64,000 nucleotides of DNA. Origin: Paraphysomonas bandaiensis. Taxonomy: Eukaryota > Protista > Chrysophyceae. Each line of letters starts with the position of its first letter. Position 1 is the stretch's first letter. Made by a program: the position numbers and the translations under genes. Below are positions 34,222 to 46,848 of the stretch, one piece after another. The stretch is from NCBI GenBank assembly GCA_965644295.1, contig CBFFRP010000049.1:16037-80036 (forward strand). Direction: 5' to 3'. The notes beneath the pieces were generated by a model, which saw only the letters and a list, made by a program, of their open reading frames with translations, searched no databases and had not been told where the DNA came from.

Positions 34222-37200
34222 AAATAAGATTTAAAGTTAGTCTTAATATTTAGTAAGAATATACTTGATATTATTAGAGATAAAGATTGAACGATAAGGC
34301 CTAATAGTATAATAGCAAGACACGTTTGAGCAGAGCGTTAGCACCACACACATGTGCGTATCTTGTACAGTCGCGTATCATGTATAGTTTGGTAATTATT
34401 CAGTCTATTTGGTATTTCATTGTATATGTGTGTTGTATTCACGCGTTAAGAGATATACGTGATTCAATGACTCCTAATACTCCCCCTCAATGAAATAATC
34501 ATATGGCGTATACATTGATATATGGATATAGGTGTATATATTTGGAGATAGTTCTACTGAGGGTAAAACCCACGAGTGCAATCACAGATTGTGGATTACA
34601 CTGATGTCAACATACAGCGTACTCGTGGGAAACTCCGTAGATCTCTAAGTCATCCATCGTGGTCTCTTGGTTGAGTTCTCTGCCGGTGGGATAGATACTT
34701 TTGTTCTTTTATTACTAGCAGGTATGTTGATACCTCCCCCCCCCATTAGTGAATCCCGCAATCTGTGAAACGTGTTTGATGTGAGGGGTTTAGTTAGAAT
34801 GTCGGCCAGCATCTCGTTTGTAGGCATGTAATCAACAATAATAGAGTGCGATGCGACTTGTTCTCTTATGAAGTGATATCTGATGGCAATATGTTTTGTT
34901 CGTCGGTGGTGTACGGGGTTTAGGCATAGTTGAATTGCACCTTTGTTGTCACACCATATGGTTGTTGAGTATGGCATGTGGAAGCCCAATTCCGAGAGTA
35001 GTGACCGTAGCCAAATAGCTTCTTGACATGCTGTTGATAGTGCCATGTACTCCGCTTCTGTAGAGGATAGAGCTACAGTGGTCTGGAGTCGTGATTGCCA
35101 GGAAATGAGACAATTTCCAATAAAGAAGCAAAACGCTGTGGTCGACCTGCGAGTTAAGTTACAGCGTGCCCAATCACTGTCAGCGAATCCAGTTAAAGTA
35201 ACAGACTTCCCGGAGTACTGTAGACCTTGATCGATAGTGCCTTTGAGGTACCTAAGTATGTTTAATGCGGCTTTGCATGTAGTTAGATTTGGATTAGTAC
35301 TGAAACGAGCAAGGGTGTTTACAGCATATGCAATATCAGGTCTAGTGCACACAGCAATATACATAAGTGAACCTATGAGCTCCTTGTAAGGAAAATTTTG
35401 GACAAATTCTTGATTTTCTTGAGATAGTTGTTTCTTTTCGAGAATGTCTATATGAAAATTTGTTGTCATGGGGTGACTACGTGGCTTGCAATCTTCCATG
35501 TTGAATCTGTGGAGTAGGTTCCGTATGTATTGAGATTGATTTAGTGTCGTAGTTCGATTCTGTATATCCTGTTTGACGAATATGCCGAGGTAGTAATCTA
35601 GGAGGCCGAGATCATGAATGTCGAATTTTTCAGCTAACGAATTCTTGATTTGGATGATGTCAGTCCTACTTTTACCGGCGATAATGATGTCATCGACGTA
35701 AACTGCCAGAATTATGGGTCGACCATTGATTGATTTCGTGAATATGCACGGGTCGGACACTAATCTGGTAAAACCACAGTCTAACAAATAATTAGTACAA
35801 CATTTATACCAATTTAACCCGGACTGTTTGAGTCCGTATATACTCTTTAGAAGTCTGAGGACTTTACCGTTTGGAACATTGAGACCAGCGGGTGGATACA
35901 TGTAAATTTCCTCTTGGAGGTCTGCATTGATGTAAGCAGTAGAGAAATCTACCTGGTGAAGCTCCAACCCAAGTATAGTTGCTAGTGCTATGACTGTTCT
36001 CATTGATGTGGCCTTTGCGACTGGGCTGTAGGTTTCGTTGTAGTCTTTACCCTCGACCTGGGAGAAACCTTGAGCCACTAACCTCGCCTTGAAGGTAACC
36101 TCATCTCGCTTGACCTTTACCCTAAACACGAATTTTCCCCTTATAATGTTGGAATTTGCTGGTGGTGTCGTTATCCTCCAACAGCCTTTGCTCTCTAGAG
36201 ACTTGATTTCTTTGTTGATGGCTTTCAGCCATTGTTCCTTGTACCTGCCTGATAGTGCCTCGCCAACATTGTTAGGTGTGTTAGGTACATCATTGCTACA
36301 TGTGTCATTTGCATGCATAATGATGTCAACATCATTCATGTATAATGTTCTGTAACTATCATGTTTATCAGGTGTTTTGTGGTTGTACAAATATCTTTTA
36401 TCAACATCACAGTGGTATATATTATCACCGAATTTGTGTACATTCATGATTACCCTTTTCCTGGTCTGCCTCTTGCTGTGGAGACTTTTCTTTACGCAAC
36501 GGCTCACCTTGTGTCGGTGGGGTGTCCTTACACCCGTAATTGTGCCATCCGGGCTTTGCCGGCTCCTGTCACCCTGGGAATTCACAGTCTTGATAGCTCG
36601 TTTGACCTTACGAGCAGGGTGATTACGCTTGTTGTCACCCCGTGCCTCCTTCGGCACTGTATTCCGCTGAGCTTCTGCTGTGCGGCGAGGCCTTGCCTCC
36701 TTTTCATTTGAGTAGGGTCCTCTCAAATGGCTGTGACTCCCGCCCCGTGTGGCGTCATGACGGCTGTCGGTTGAACTGCTCCTCCCTGGAGCTGTTCCTT
36801 CCACGGGGCATCCTGGTTCCTCTTGCGGGGGTGATACCGCGTTCTGATAACTGAAGTGCTCGGCGGTGTATCTTTCGATGTCCGCAGCGTGTATTGGGTC
36901 ATTTAACTCGATGACTCGCCCTTCATTTTCTCGTGGGGCCAATCCTCTGTAAGCAGCCACGTGGCCTTTGATGACTGTGATTCTTGTCGTGATGTATTGG
37001 AGGCCATCCTGTGGATCTGTGTGGGTCATTCCAACGAGGTATTGGAAGCTCTCGGTTGTTCGATTCTCTGAATTTTCTTCTCTCAGTGATGATTCGATTT
37101 CAGCGTAGTAGTTTTCCTTGACGTCGGGGATGCACTCATTGAAAAAGACGTGACTTGAGATTACGAAGTCCTTGAGTGAAGGTACATATATGACGTACCC

Positions 37201-39849
37201 TGGTCCATCTTCTCGGTATCCCATGAAGTACCCAATATGGCTATGTGGAGACCAATCGTTTCTTCTCTGAGACTTGTCTATGAATGTATGGCATTTGCAG
37301 CCCCAAATCCTGGCGTAAGATAAATCGGGGGCCTCGTCGTGGATGAACTGATACGGTGATATGAATCCCTTTGCAGTGGCGCATGGCAGGCGATTTTTCA
37401 TATGCGTGACGGTGGACATAGCCTGTTCCCAGAAGTTGGGTGGTAGGCCCGAGTTGCAAATGGATGCAAGCGTTCTTTCCTTGGTCGTGCGCCATGGTCG
37501 TTCTTGTATGGGGTTGTCTTCTGGCGTGTATGGAGCGTTGAAGGTCCAGGTTGATCCTAATTTTCTCAGCAAGTTCAGTACACGATGTGATACTAGCTCA
37601 CGGCCACCATCAGCATGATAGTGTATTAGCCGTTTGCCTTTCGAATGCAGATAATCCACAATTTTCTGAATGCACTCAATAACAAAATCCTCGGTTCTGT
37701 GTTTTCCATAGAATGTCCAACTGTATCTTGAAGCTGCATCGGTAGCTCCAAAGACTACGGTGTTTCCTGTGACTATTGCTGGAGGTGAAAATGGTCCAGT
37801 AAAATCAGCTGCTATAAGTCCTCCAAGCTCCTGCGATCTTCTGGTTTTTGTCGGTATCATTTGCCTTGTCTCGCGCCTATGTTTCCTCCTGTGAGCCTTG
37901 CCTTGTGCGCAGCCATCACAAAGACCTTCTGGTAGCTGTGGCGAGCTCAGGTCGGATTTTGAAATAGTGATTCCTTTCACAAGATTCAACTTTAATGCTT
38001 TTTGAATTAAGCCAATGGATGCGTGGGTCAACCTTCGATGTGCCAGGGAGATCGAGGAACCGCTTGATGTAGATGCCAAGTTGCACTGGTCTTGGATGTA
38101 ACCTAAATCGGATAATTTGATCTCGTATAGACCGTTTTGTTTCCTGGCTGTGGTTAACAAAATTCCATCGTGGTATACGCGTGCCTCGTTTGGTCCGAAT
38201 ATAATATTGCAGTTGGCGTCTGTTGTCAACTGGCTGATGGAAATTAAAGTCTTTGACGCGTCTGGAACTAGCCTGCACTTGCTAATCAGTCCAAGCTTGC
38301 CGTATCCCAATGCCTGCATTTCTGATCCTGATTTGGCGGTGTAAATTGTGGTTTGATCGTAAGTGAATTCGGAGAGTAAGCTTCGTGCTGCTGTAATTGA
38401 TATTGTGCAGCCAGAGTCTAGAATGCCAAATTCCTGCTTCTCGTGTTCCGTATGTAGGACGTGGTTGTCTGTGATCATCCCGGAGAATGCACTGTAGTCA
38501 TTGTCATCGTTTGGCCCCTCATCGTCATAGTCTTCCAGTCTTAAGTTCGAATCCCGATGACTGTTTCTTGGGTATTTTGATGATGTGTTCTTGGAGTGAT
38601 GCCCTTTCCCTCTTTTGTCGTCGTTTCGTTTGTTTGTGGACTTCTGCATCTGTTGTATGTGTTCCCACGAGTGCTTGCACTCTGCTGCAATGTGGTTGGA
38701 TCCATTGCATATGAAGCACTTAACTTCGCGCGAGGCTCTTGTGACTTTGCTGGGCTTGTTGAATTTCTTCTGTTTTCGCTGCCCGTTGTTGTGCTTCTGC
38801 TTCTTCGGTAGACGGGGGTTAAACGGCTGTTTGCCTGTTGAGCTGTAGTTTGCGCTGTCCCGTTTGGTTTCCGTATTTTGTGATAGTAGGGAGCCTACAG
38901 TGGAATGCTCGAATGCTCTCAATCTTCTTATCAGCGTTTTATAATCATCAATTGGGTTCATTTGGAGGTTGATTGCCAGGTCCTTATAGGTCTGGTTCTC
39001 ATTTGAGACCATCCCTTGTCGTATTCTTGAAATAAGGTCTTGTTCAGAGACTTTGTGGCCATGTGTAGCGAGCTTTAATCGCAATTTTTCGACTTCGTCC
39101 AGGAATTGATTGATTGTTTGAGCTTGCTTGATTTTGATTGATTGCAGTTGGCCAATGAGGTCGGTTATCGTATCATTTGAGGTCTTGTCTTTGAAATGCT
39201 TTTCGATCTCTGACCATGCCCTTTTTCCATCTCCTTCAGGGACTGTTTCGATAATACCCTCTGCTTCCTCGTTTTGGCCAATCACCGCGCTGGATAGAAG
39301 TGACCATAGGTAATTGTTGCCCTCCTCGAAATACTGCATATTTTCGTCGTAGGCGTTTTTCCTGTATAGGTAGTCCTCTTCTGTTTCTTCCTCTTGACGT
39401 ATAGGCTCCTCTGGCGCATCGTTTCTTAGGATGTATACTATCTTAGGCTTACGAAAGAACCAGGCTCTACTTTTCTTCTGCCATTTTGAGAAGTTCTTGG
39501 CGTCGAAGGGTGGCATGGAATCCTTCCTCTTGTCCGATGAGTCGGAGTCGGAGTTATCGTAACTGTTAGTCTTAGAACTCATCCGCTGCCAAAATAAGAT
39601 TTAAAGTTAGTCTTAATATTTAGTAAGAATATACTTGATATTATTAGAGATAAAGATTGAACGATAAGGCCTAATAGTATAATAGCAAGACACGTTTGAG
39701 CAGAGCGTTAGCACCACACACATGTGCGTATCTTGTACAGTCGCGTATCATGTATAGTTTGGTAATTATTCAGTCTATTTGGTATTTCATTGTATATGTG
39801 TGTTGTATTCACGCGTTAAGAGATATACGTGATTCAATGACTCCTAATA
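34222..39849 (-). mobile_element. Full-length Ty1/copia LTR retrotransposon, family B
   Basis: 258-bp LTRs at 34222-34479 and 39592-39849, identical by eye; TSD CTTAG (34217-34221 / 39850-39854); PBS 39591-39580; PPT GAGGGGGAG 34488-34480. Confidence 0.97.
34645..39582 (-). CDS. Copia Gag-Pol polyprotein (1645 aa)
   Basis: CFICNGSNHIAAEC knuckle, ILDSGC, AHRRLTH..CDGC, integrase, RT YVDD, RNase H FADSDWA...KHI. Confidence 0.97.
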   Translation of the reverse strand: MSSKTNSYDNSDSDSSDKRKDSMPPFDAKNFSKWQKKSRAWFFRKPKIVYILRNDAPEEPIRQEEETEEDYLYRKNAYDENMQYFEEGNNYLWSLLSSAVIGQNEEAEGIIETVPEGDGKRAWSEIEKHFKDKTSNDTITDLIGQLQSIKIKQAQTINQFLDEVEKLRLKLATHGHKVSEQDLISRIRQGMVSNENQTYKDLAINLQMNPIDDYKTLIRRLRAFEHSTVGSLLSQNTETKRDSANYSSTGKQPFNPRLPKKQKHNNGQRKQKKFNKPSKVTRASREVKCFICNGSNHIAAECKHSWEHIQQMQKSTNKRNDDKRGKGHHSKNTSSKYPRNSHRDSNLRLEDYDDEGPNDDNDYSAFSGMITDNHVLHTEHEKQEFGILDSGCTISITAARSLLSEFTYDQTTIYTAKSGSEMQALGYGKLGLISKCRLVPDASKTLISISQLTTDANCNIIFGPNEARVYHDGILLTTARKQNGLYEIKLSDLGYIQDQCNLASTSSGSSISLAHRRLTHASIGLIQKALKLNLVKGITISKSDLSSPQLPEGLCDGCAQGKAHRRKHRRETRQMIPTKTRRSQELGGLIAADFTGPFSPPAIVTGNTVVFGATDAASRYSWTFYGKHRTEDFVIECIQKIVDYLHSKGKRLIHYHADGGRELVSHRVLNLLRKLGSTWTFNAPYTPEDNPIQERPWRTTKERTLASICNSGLPPNFWEQAMSTVTHMKNRLPCATAKGFISPYQFIHDEAPDLSYARIWGCKCHTFIDKSQRRNDWSPHSHIGYFMGYREDGPGYVIYVPSLKDFVISSHVFFNECIPDVKENYYAEIESSLREENSENRTTESFQYLVGMTHTDPQDGLQYITTRITVIKGHVAAYRGLAPRENEGRVIELNDPIHAADIERYTAEHFSYQNAVSPPQEEPGCPVEGTAPGRSSSTDSRHDATRGGSHSHLRGPYSNEKEARPRRTAEAQRNTVPKEARGDNKRNHPARKVKRAIKTVNSQGDRSRQSPDGTITGVRTPHRHKVSRCVKKSLHSKRQTRKRVIMNVHKFGDNIYHCDVDKRYLYNHKTPDKHDSYRTLYMNDVDIIMHANDTCSNDVPNTPNNVGEALSGRYKEQWLKAINKEIKSLESKGCWRITTPPANSNIIRGKFVFRVKVKRDEVTFKARLVAQGFSQVEGKDYNETYSPVAKATSMRTVIALATILGLELHQVDFSTAYINADLQEEIYMYPPAGLNVPNGKVLRLLKSIYGLKQSGLNWYKCCTNYLLDCGFTRLVSDPCIFTKSINGRPIILAVYVDDIIIAGKSRTDIIQIKNSLAEKFDIHDLGLLDYYLGIFVKQDIQNRTTTLNQSQYIRNLLHRFNMEDCKPRSHPMTTNFHIDILEKKQLSQENQEFVQNFPYKELIGSLMYIAVCTRPDIAYAVNTLARFSTNPNLTTCKAALNILRYLKGTIDQGLQYSGKSVTLTGFADSDWARCNLTRRSTTAFCFFIGNCLISWQSRLQTTVALSSTEAEYMALSTACQEAIWLRSLLSELGFHMPYSTTIWCDNKGAIQLCLNPVHHRRTKHIAIRYHFIREQVASHSIIVDYMPTNEMLADILTKPLTSNTFHRLRDSLMGGGGINIPASNKRTKVSIPPAENSTKRPRWMT

Positions 39850-41248
39850 CTTAGTACATATCTTATTCATTCAAGTCATAGTTTGACGACATTTTCAATA
39901 TATATATAATATACATGCTTTTTGTGGCATGATTACTTCTACTGCACACTTCCAAGAAGCAATTATAATATTTCCTTACATCTTACCACACTTAATTCTA
40001 TATTGATTACTTTTTACATTCATGCATGTGTGTAGAATACATCGTACATTCAAGTGTTTGAACCCACTTTATGTGGTCTACTGATTGTGAAGTATCCAAA
40101 AGCATAATGTTGTCAATGTGATGAACAATAGGTACACTTCAGCGGAATGACGTTATAACAGAGGTTATATCACAAATTTCGTGCATTCTGCAAGAATTGG
40201 ATCAATGAAATGTGCTAACCTCAAGTAAAATCTGAATTAGAATATGTGAACTAAACCTCATACATATTCTATTCCATATTTATGAAAGTTCTTTATTGGA
40301 TTGTGAATTAAGCCGCCAAACTAAACATCAGAACACTATCATGCGCCACCTCCACACAATAGTGATCTATACAGAGTAATACGGAGAGTTAGTCACTACA
40401 TGAGCTGATGAGTCGTCGGTCTACTATTACTTTTCATTATCTCTATCTATTATTCTATAGAGGTAACCCCATTAAGTGTTTATAGATACTTACACGACAG
40501 TATCATACATATGCATATATATCTCCTCCATATCATTCTAATGCAAGAATAACAAGTAGAGAAGTGACACGAATGCAAAAGGAAATAAAATTCCTCAATA
40601 TGGTTAAGATAATAATGTTCTAGTCATGATATTTCTATCATGCAGTGCTGCACATGCATAGAAGACTAAGATACATGCATGGCTGCTATGACTATGCTGC
40701 TATCTGTAACATGCCTGCACATGGCTATAAATCTGTATGCTCCCCATCACTATATGCATAGTTTTTGATCAAATATCCTGATTTCTATATAAAACTCTCA
40801 ATTTTACACCTTAAATATTCTAATTTTATGAATAAAATCTTTAATTTTTGGTTTTTCTAGAATAGAACCTTCAGCTACGTCATATTCACACTGTTAGCTG
40901 GACGTACGTACGTCATATGTTTACCTCCTCCATAATACCCCCTTTTTATATAAAACCACCTATTTTCAAATCAAAATACCTGATATATAGCAATAAGAGA
41001 TTTCAAAACCCCTAAAAATATCTACGTCAGCTGACTGTTTAAATCATTCATAGAGATATCACGCTAACATACATACATACATACATACATACATACATAC
41101 ATACATACACGGCCCCACATACATACATACATACACACATACACACATAACCCTATTAACCAAATCATCTTCTATCTAATCAAATTATAACTCTAATTTA
41201 TATACAAGATCATCTTATTATGGTTTTATAATCATAAAAATCATTGAA

Positions 41249-42401
41249 ATGTTATCTAAAAACTCAAAATTAGAAAGAAAATCTTTTAATTTGGTAGAAT
41301 CATACTCACAAAGTTTAGAGCATGATAGTCCGACATCGTCACACTCTCAATCACCTCTACAATCAAAACCAATACATTTATCATATTCACGTTGGAATAC
41401 AAAACCATATTATCATATAGTTGATGATGAAACGATGAGTTGTATTGGTGTCCATATTGTGGACATGATTCAACGGTCAGAACAAGATGGGTATGAAGTC
41501 CCATTTAGATATCGTTTATTCTGTCGTGAAGATACCCCTCAAGCTCATCATCCAGATGTAAGTTATTGTTATACAAGAGGGTTTTGTTTACTTATATTCC
41601 TTGTTTCTGTCACAGAGTAACTCCCTTGAGGCTGTTATGTTCCTATTAACAATTATACACCAAGAGAGCCAAATGGAGTACGAGTGCGTCTTAATCGCAC
41701 TCATATATATACAACGCATTGTATCGTATACCCATAAAGATTTCAGAGTGTGTGCCTTGAATTGGAGGTACACTCTGCTTGTGTGTATGCTTGTAGCTAG
41801 CAAGGTCTGGGATGATTTTTCCATGAATAATGCTGACTTTGCAAATATATTTGATGGTATTTCACTTCAATTTTTGAATCGCCTGGAGAGCTACCTTCTT
41901 GCAATATTAGATTTTGATATGATGGTGACGGATGAGGAGTTCAATGATGTTCACAAGAGCGTTCAGAGTAGTGTGAGTGCTTCCCAACGCTTACACGTAC
42001 GTTATGACGATGATGGTGAAGTTCAAATCCAGAGAATGGTATTGGATTCCTCCTCTTGTCCTTCATTTATTTCTGATAGTGTAAAGTCACATGGCTGCCG
42101 TGCTGCGGCTTACCATATAACTACTGAAGAAGCATGGCACTTTTACCCTGGCTCTTGCCCTCCCAAGGCACCCAACCCTCCTCCAGAGGGTTTACCAGCC
42201 GCCTGGACATACCACTCTCTCCGACGAGCACACCATCACCTTTCAAACATTATTACTGCGGTTTTTGATATGGTATCGTGTACTAATGGGGGCGATGCCA
42301 TCGCTCAGGATATGAAAGTACACGTTGCTGCAGATTATCAAAATCTAGAGGCCACAACCTCGTTAGGGAGAGGAATAGATGATTCAATAGAGCGGTTTTA
42401 A
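41249..42401 (+). CDS. Cyclin Y-like (cyclin N-terminal domain) protein, 2 exons
   Basis: ECVLIALIYIQR, NWR..LL.CMLVASKVWDDFSMNNADF and LNRLE..LL..LDF motifs; intron ~41557-41614. Confidence 0.85.
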
Positions 42402-42677
42402 TTTTGAAACACTCTGCTGAATATACGCACTTCAAATTTTTTTAATTTACTTGTATTCATATTTGTTATCCTTTGCTTTCACCTTTTTGTGTTGACTAAG
42501 ATATTATTATGCTTCTATTGTTTTTTACTATAAACTGCAGTTTTTATAACAGTTCTTGACTACTTGAGTTTTATGTTTTTAAAATATAATATGATCTATA
42601 TATATTTGTATTATGAAATAAAAATTAATAAATAAATTATATATTATACACATAAGTGAGAAATAAGATTATATTGA

Positions 42678-42735
42678 AAGTCTTATTATTAGCAATATAG
42701 CTATTAAGAAACAGCACCAGCTTTTAGTAGCTAGA
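42678..42735 (+). mobile_element. Orphan left TIR related to the Kolobok-like element
   Basis: AAGTCTTATTATTAGCAATA...CACCAGC..GTAGCTAG resembles 3413-3466. Confidence 0.55.
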
Positions 42736-43044
42736 GATGAAATCAGGTTTTTTGAGATCCTTAAGATGGACATCCCGGGTACTTGACTTCAGTAGGTTGC
42801 CCTTCAGGTGGGCCCATTTCCGGATGCTTGTTTATTCGTCAGGGCCCAAAGGAGTCTACACAAGTGACACTAAGTAACCGTTAATGTCCCTTGTACCACA
42901 CAAGAATTCGGCTATGAGTGGGCAGAACAATATCTCTTATCTATTTGTGGCTCACATTAGTTTCCCGAAGAAACATCTCCGGTACTTATGTACTTGTCCC
43001 CCAGAACCCCACGAAAACGTGCGAGTCCGACTTTGTTGAGGGTT

Positions 43045-43322
43045 AAATAAGATACATAGCTAATTATTGTTTAGCCTTTGAGGAAAGATATATTATTTCG
43101 TAGGTAAAGATTAATTACAATAAACTTCATATGAGGAATAAAGCTGAATAGTATAATAGCAAGACTCGGTTGAATGGAGCATTCGAACCAATCAAACATT
43201 AGCCTGCAGCAGTCGCGTATCTTATATAGTTATATAGTACGGTAATTATTCAGTCAATTGATATTTCATTGATAGTAATTATCTTGTTGCATTCACGCGT
43301 TAATTGATGCACGTGAATAAAT
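43045..43322 (-). mobile_element. Diverged solo LTR related to copia family B
   Basis: Shares AAATAAGAT, AATAGTATAATAGCAAGAC, CAGTCGCGTATC, GGTAATTATTCAGTC and ATTCACGCGTTAA blocks, in order, with 34222-34479. Confidence 0.75.
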
Positions 43323-43488
43323 GCAGAGGAATGTTTTTTTATGAACACGATCATTCCGCAAAAATATGGTTAGGTGGCTTAACAGCAAGGGATTAAACTA
43401 AACTACAACTGCAGTGGCAGACATGAAGAATTACACGAATAACAGCTCCTGAACATAAAATTATTTGAACTCTATACTATGGGCACTA

Positions 43489-44963
43489 TCATATTTTATT
43501 TACTGCTTCTTTTTTCGTGACATTACCGCACCTACAAAATTGTCTGGGTGCTACATGTATTTTTTCTTGTGCGTTTTTAATTTCAATTAAAAGATAATGT
43601 ACATGGCTTTGAAAATCCAATAAACCTTGGTGACTCGAGCGAACAATTGACTCATTACGAGGGTCCAAAGTTGTCAGCTTATTGACATGAGTAAACATGC
43701 CTTCCAGTGCCAAGTCCACCGCATCAATGAATGGCGGATCCCACCTACGATACGAGCTGATAAGTATGGACGACAACACTGACAACAACATGCATGGTAT
43801 CACCTTGTCTCGCGGTCATTGCTCTCGAATAAACGTAGTGGAGGGATAGAATATTGAATTAGTGGGACAAGCTTATGTATAAGCCTTCGTTTAAGATCTC
43901 TTAAATCAGGGGGACATAGAAAACGGATGTGTTCGGTCAAAGTTCTGCTCTTGCACCGGCAGCGCGTATACATCACACTTACACTATCTACAAGTGCATC
44001 TGTCAGATGCCAATAGTACTTCCCACGCATATCGTCAGCGTTTGTGAGTATTGGGATACATCCCGCGGCAATAATATCAAAAAAATTAAAAGAATTTGCA
44101 ATGCAGAAATGGGACTGGGAGTACACGAGGGCACGTCGAGTATTTTCAAGTGATGAAGTACGATGATCATACTGTATATAATGACAATAGTCTCTTGATA
44201 TCAGACAGAGCCGTCGCATAATAGGCAAGTGGTCATTTCTCTTAACTCCAGTGTCCACTAAAGACACCATATATGTCCGCTCCTCTTCCGTGATAGCAAA
44301 CCATGGTGCAGCACGGATTCCTTCCACCCAGTGGTATATAGACGGTGGAGGCATAGCCACATATGACATATGTGAGATACCAGGTAGTTGGGGCACTTTA
44401 CTTTGCTTCCATGTGCAAGTAATAATACACTTCTGACAAGTCATTTTCAAGAATGCACTGCATCGTTTGGCAATAGGATGATCTCGCCCATATCCCCACA
44501 GAACAACATGATCCTGCCCATTATGTCTCTTGAAATATATCTGAGACTTGAGAAATTTTACCAGATATTTTGTATATCTCTCTGTACATAAGAAACGATG
44601 TTCACATATTTTGCTAATATATCCATCTAGTGTAATATCATATGGAATAATAAATAAAGACGCCTTTGAAGGGTCGTATGTACGTCTATGACTGTATCTT
44701 AATCGGTTATATACATTATTAAATAAACTATATTTCCATGTCATAAATATCCCTTTGTTTATATCTATAGTCTCTCCTATACCTGAGTTTAATGAGTGAT
44801 TCCATGTTACTAAACTGTCGGATGGACATGGCTGATCGGGCCATCCCCACCATAAGTTAAACTTTAGTTCATAGATGTAATAGAGTTGTTGGGATGTATT
44901 AGAATGGGTGAATGGAGTAATTGAGGGGAGGAGAAGGAGAAGGAAGGTATATGATTGCATCAT
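43489..44963 (-). CDS. Exostosin-family (GT47) glycosyltransferase
   Basis: RTYDPSKASLFIIPYD, YFKRHNGQDH, SHFC, FFDIIAAGCIPI and IQYSIPP motifs; intron near 43802-43747. Confidence 0.85.
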
Positions 44964-45402
44964 GTGAGGTAGTGTGTTTGTTTGAAAGGTATGGAAATGG
45001 AGATGCATTGGATGGTAAGATGATGCAATTGGCAGTTGAGTGATTGTACACACATAAGTACATAGTCGTATATACACAGGTACGTATACATAAGTACATG
45101 TATATATACAAAGGTACATATGATACGAGTAGTACACATAGACATACTGTAGGTACACTGTAGATAGGTACCACATGTCTGCCTGTACCTATGAGTGGGG
45201 GTATATATACAGGTACACTGTACACCTCACCACATATACACCAGCAGTATAGAGGTACATATACATACATACATACAGATATGTCCATACATACACTCTA
45301 CAATCACCACTCCACCCATTTCCATTGCATTCAATTGCACACTATATCAACATACCAAAACCATTCGACCTCATATACACATCCACCTATTCACCCATTG
45401 CA

Positions 45403-46308
45403 ATGTTACTAGATATTCCTCTAGAACTCCTTCTCCCAACGGCTCTATTCATCATATGTATGCTATGTTTTTTTTATAAGTCCCCTCTATTTGAAGGTCA
45501 AGATAAATCTAAAGCACTGGTTATGGAAGAATCTCTCACCCCTCAACCACATAAAGAAGACCTCAGAGTGTTGAATCCTGCAACATTTAAGAAATTTAAG
45601 TTGATTCAAACTGTAAATGTATCTCATAATACGAAATTGTTACGATTTGAAATCGAAAGCGGAAAAGCTCTCAGTCTGCCAATCGGTCGGCATATTTCAG
45701 TCATGGTACATCTCGATGGACAGAAAATTATTCGGCCTTACACGCCTGTCTCAAGGCCAGATGAATTAGGACACTTTGAGTTATTGATTAAGTCATATGC
45801 TAATGGTAAAATGAGCTCCTATCTATGTGGAATGTCTGAAGGAGAGATGCTTGAAGTACGAGGACCTGTTGGCCGCTTCAAGTACACTCCTAATATGTAC
45901 AAACGTATGGGATTGATATGTGGTGGCACGGGACTGACTCCATGCCTACAAGTGGCAAGTTGCATATTAGAAGGCGAACATGCAGAGGAAGAGGAGACTT
46001 GCTTGACTCTTATGTATCAGAATAGAACAGAAGAAGATATACTTCTTCGGAAGAGACTAGAACATCTTAAGGCAAAATATCCAACTCGTTTTGAGGTGTT
46101 ATATTTTCTAAGCAACCCCCCAAAGTCATGGGGTAAAGCGGATAATGAGTTCAGAGGATACATAGACGAAGATGCAATCATGCGTGATATTCGAACGAAG
46201 GAGTGCCAACACATAGGCATTTGCGGGCCGTCAGGGTTCAACGAGAAAATGGTAGAACACTTAGTTGCTGTTGGATATGAGAAAGATAAGAATATATACA
46301 TTTGGTAG
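45403..46308 (+). CDS. NADH-cytochrome b5 reductase
   Basis: N-terminal anchor; LSLPIGRHI, RPYTPVS, GKMS, RGPVG, GGTGLTP and CGP motifs. Confidence 0.93.
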   Translation: MLLDIPLELLLPTALFIICMLCFFYKSPLFEGQDKSKALVMEESLTPQPHKEDLRVLNPATFKKFKLIQTVNVSHNTKLLRFEIESGKALSLPIGRHISVMVHLDGQKIIRPYTPVSRPDELGHFELLIKSYANGKMSSYLCGMSEGEMLEVRGPVGRFKYTPNMYKRMGLICGGTGLTPCLQVASCILEGEHAEEEETCLTLMYQNRTEEDILLRKRLEHLKAKYPTRFEVLYFLSNPPKSWGKADNEFRGYIDEDAIMRDIRTKECQHIGICGPSGFNEKMVEHLVAVGYEKDKNIYIW

Positions 46309-46848
46309 TGTTGTGGATAATTGCTATGTAGAGTTCTGATGTGCCTGCAACAATGTCAATCCAATAGTCGTCAGAGTGATTCAAGCTTGAATAAGTGATC
46401 GCATTTGAAGTTTGTCATATTATTTGCTGAGTAGCATTAAGAAATAAGAAAGCTGATCTTAACTATATGTCAGCTGATTATAGCAACTGATAAGAAAATA
46501 ACGGTTAATAACTAATAGAAATATTTCTCCCTGTCAGCAACAATGTAGGTTTGTAAATTATTTGCTACAGTTGTCGTAAAATAAGAACTGGTTAGGTAAT
46601 TTTGTACTCGAAGTATATCTTTTGCTATGAATTTCAAATTAGTTATGTGATAATTGAATCATCGATATTGGACTTAAAAATGTGGCGCATAAATGAAGTA
46701 AACATAAAGCCTACTATAAGATTTTTGCAGCAACGACAACTTACACATCAAAACCTAGAATTATATATTCTAAATTAAAAGTCTGATAGCAATAGCATAA
46801 TAGTCATATTAGCAGCATCCCAGCAGAACAATGCATATGGAGACGGAA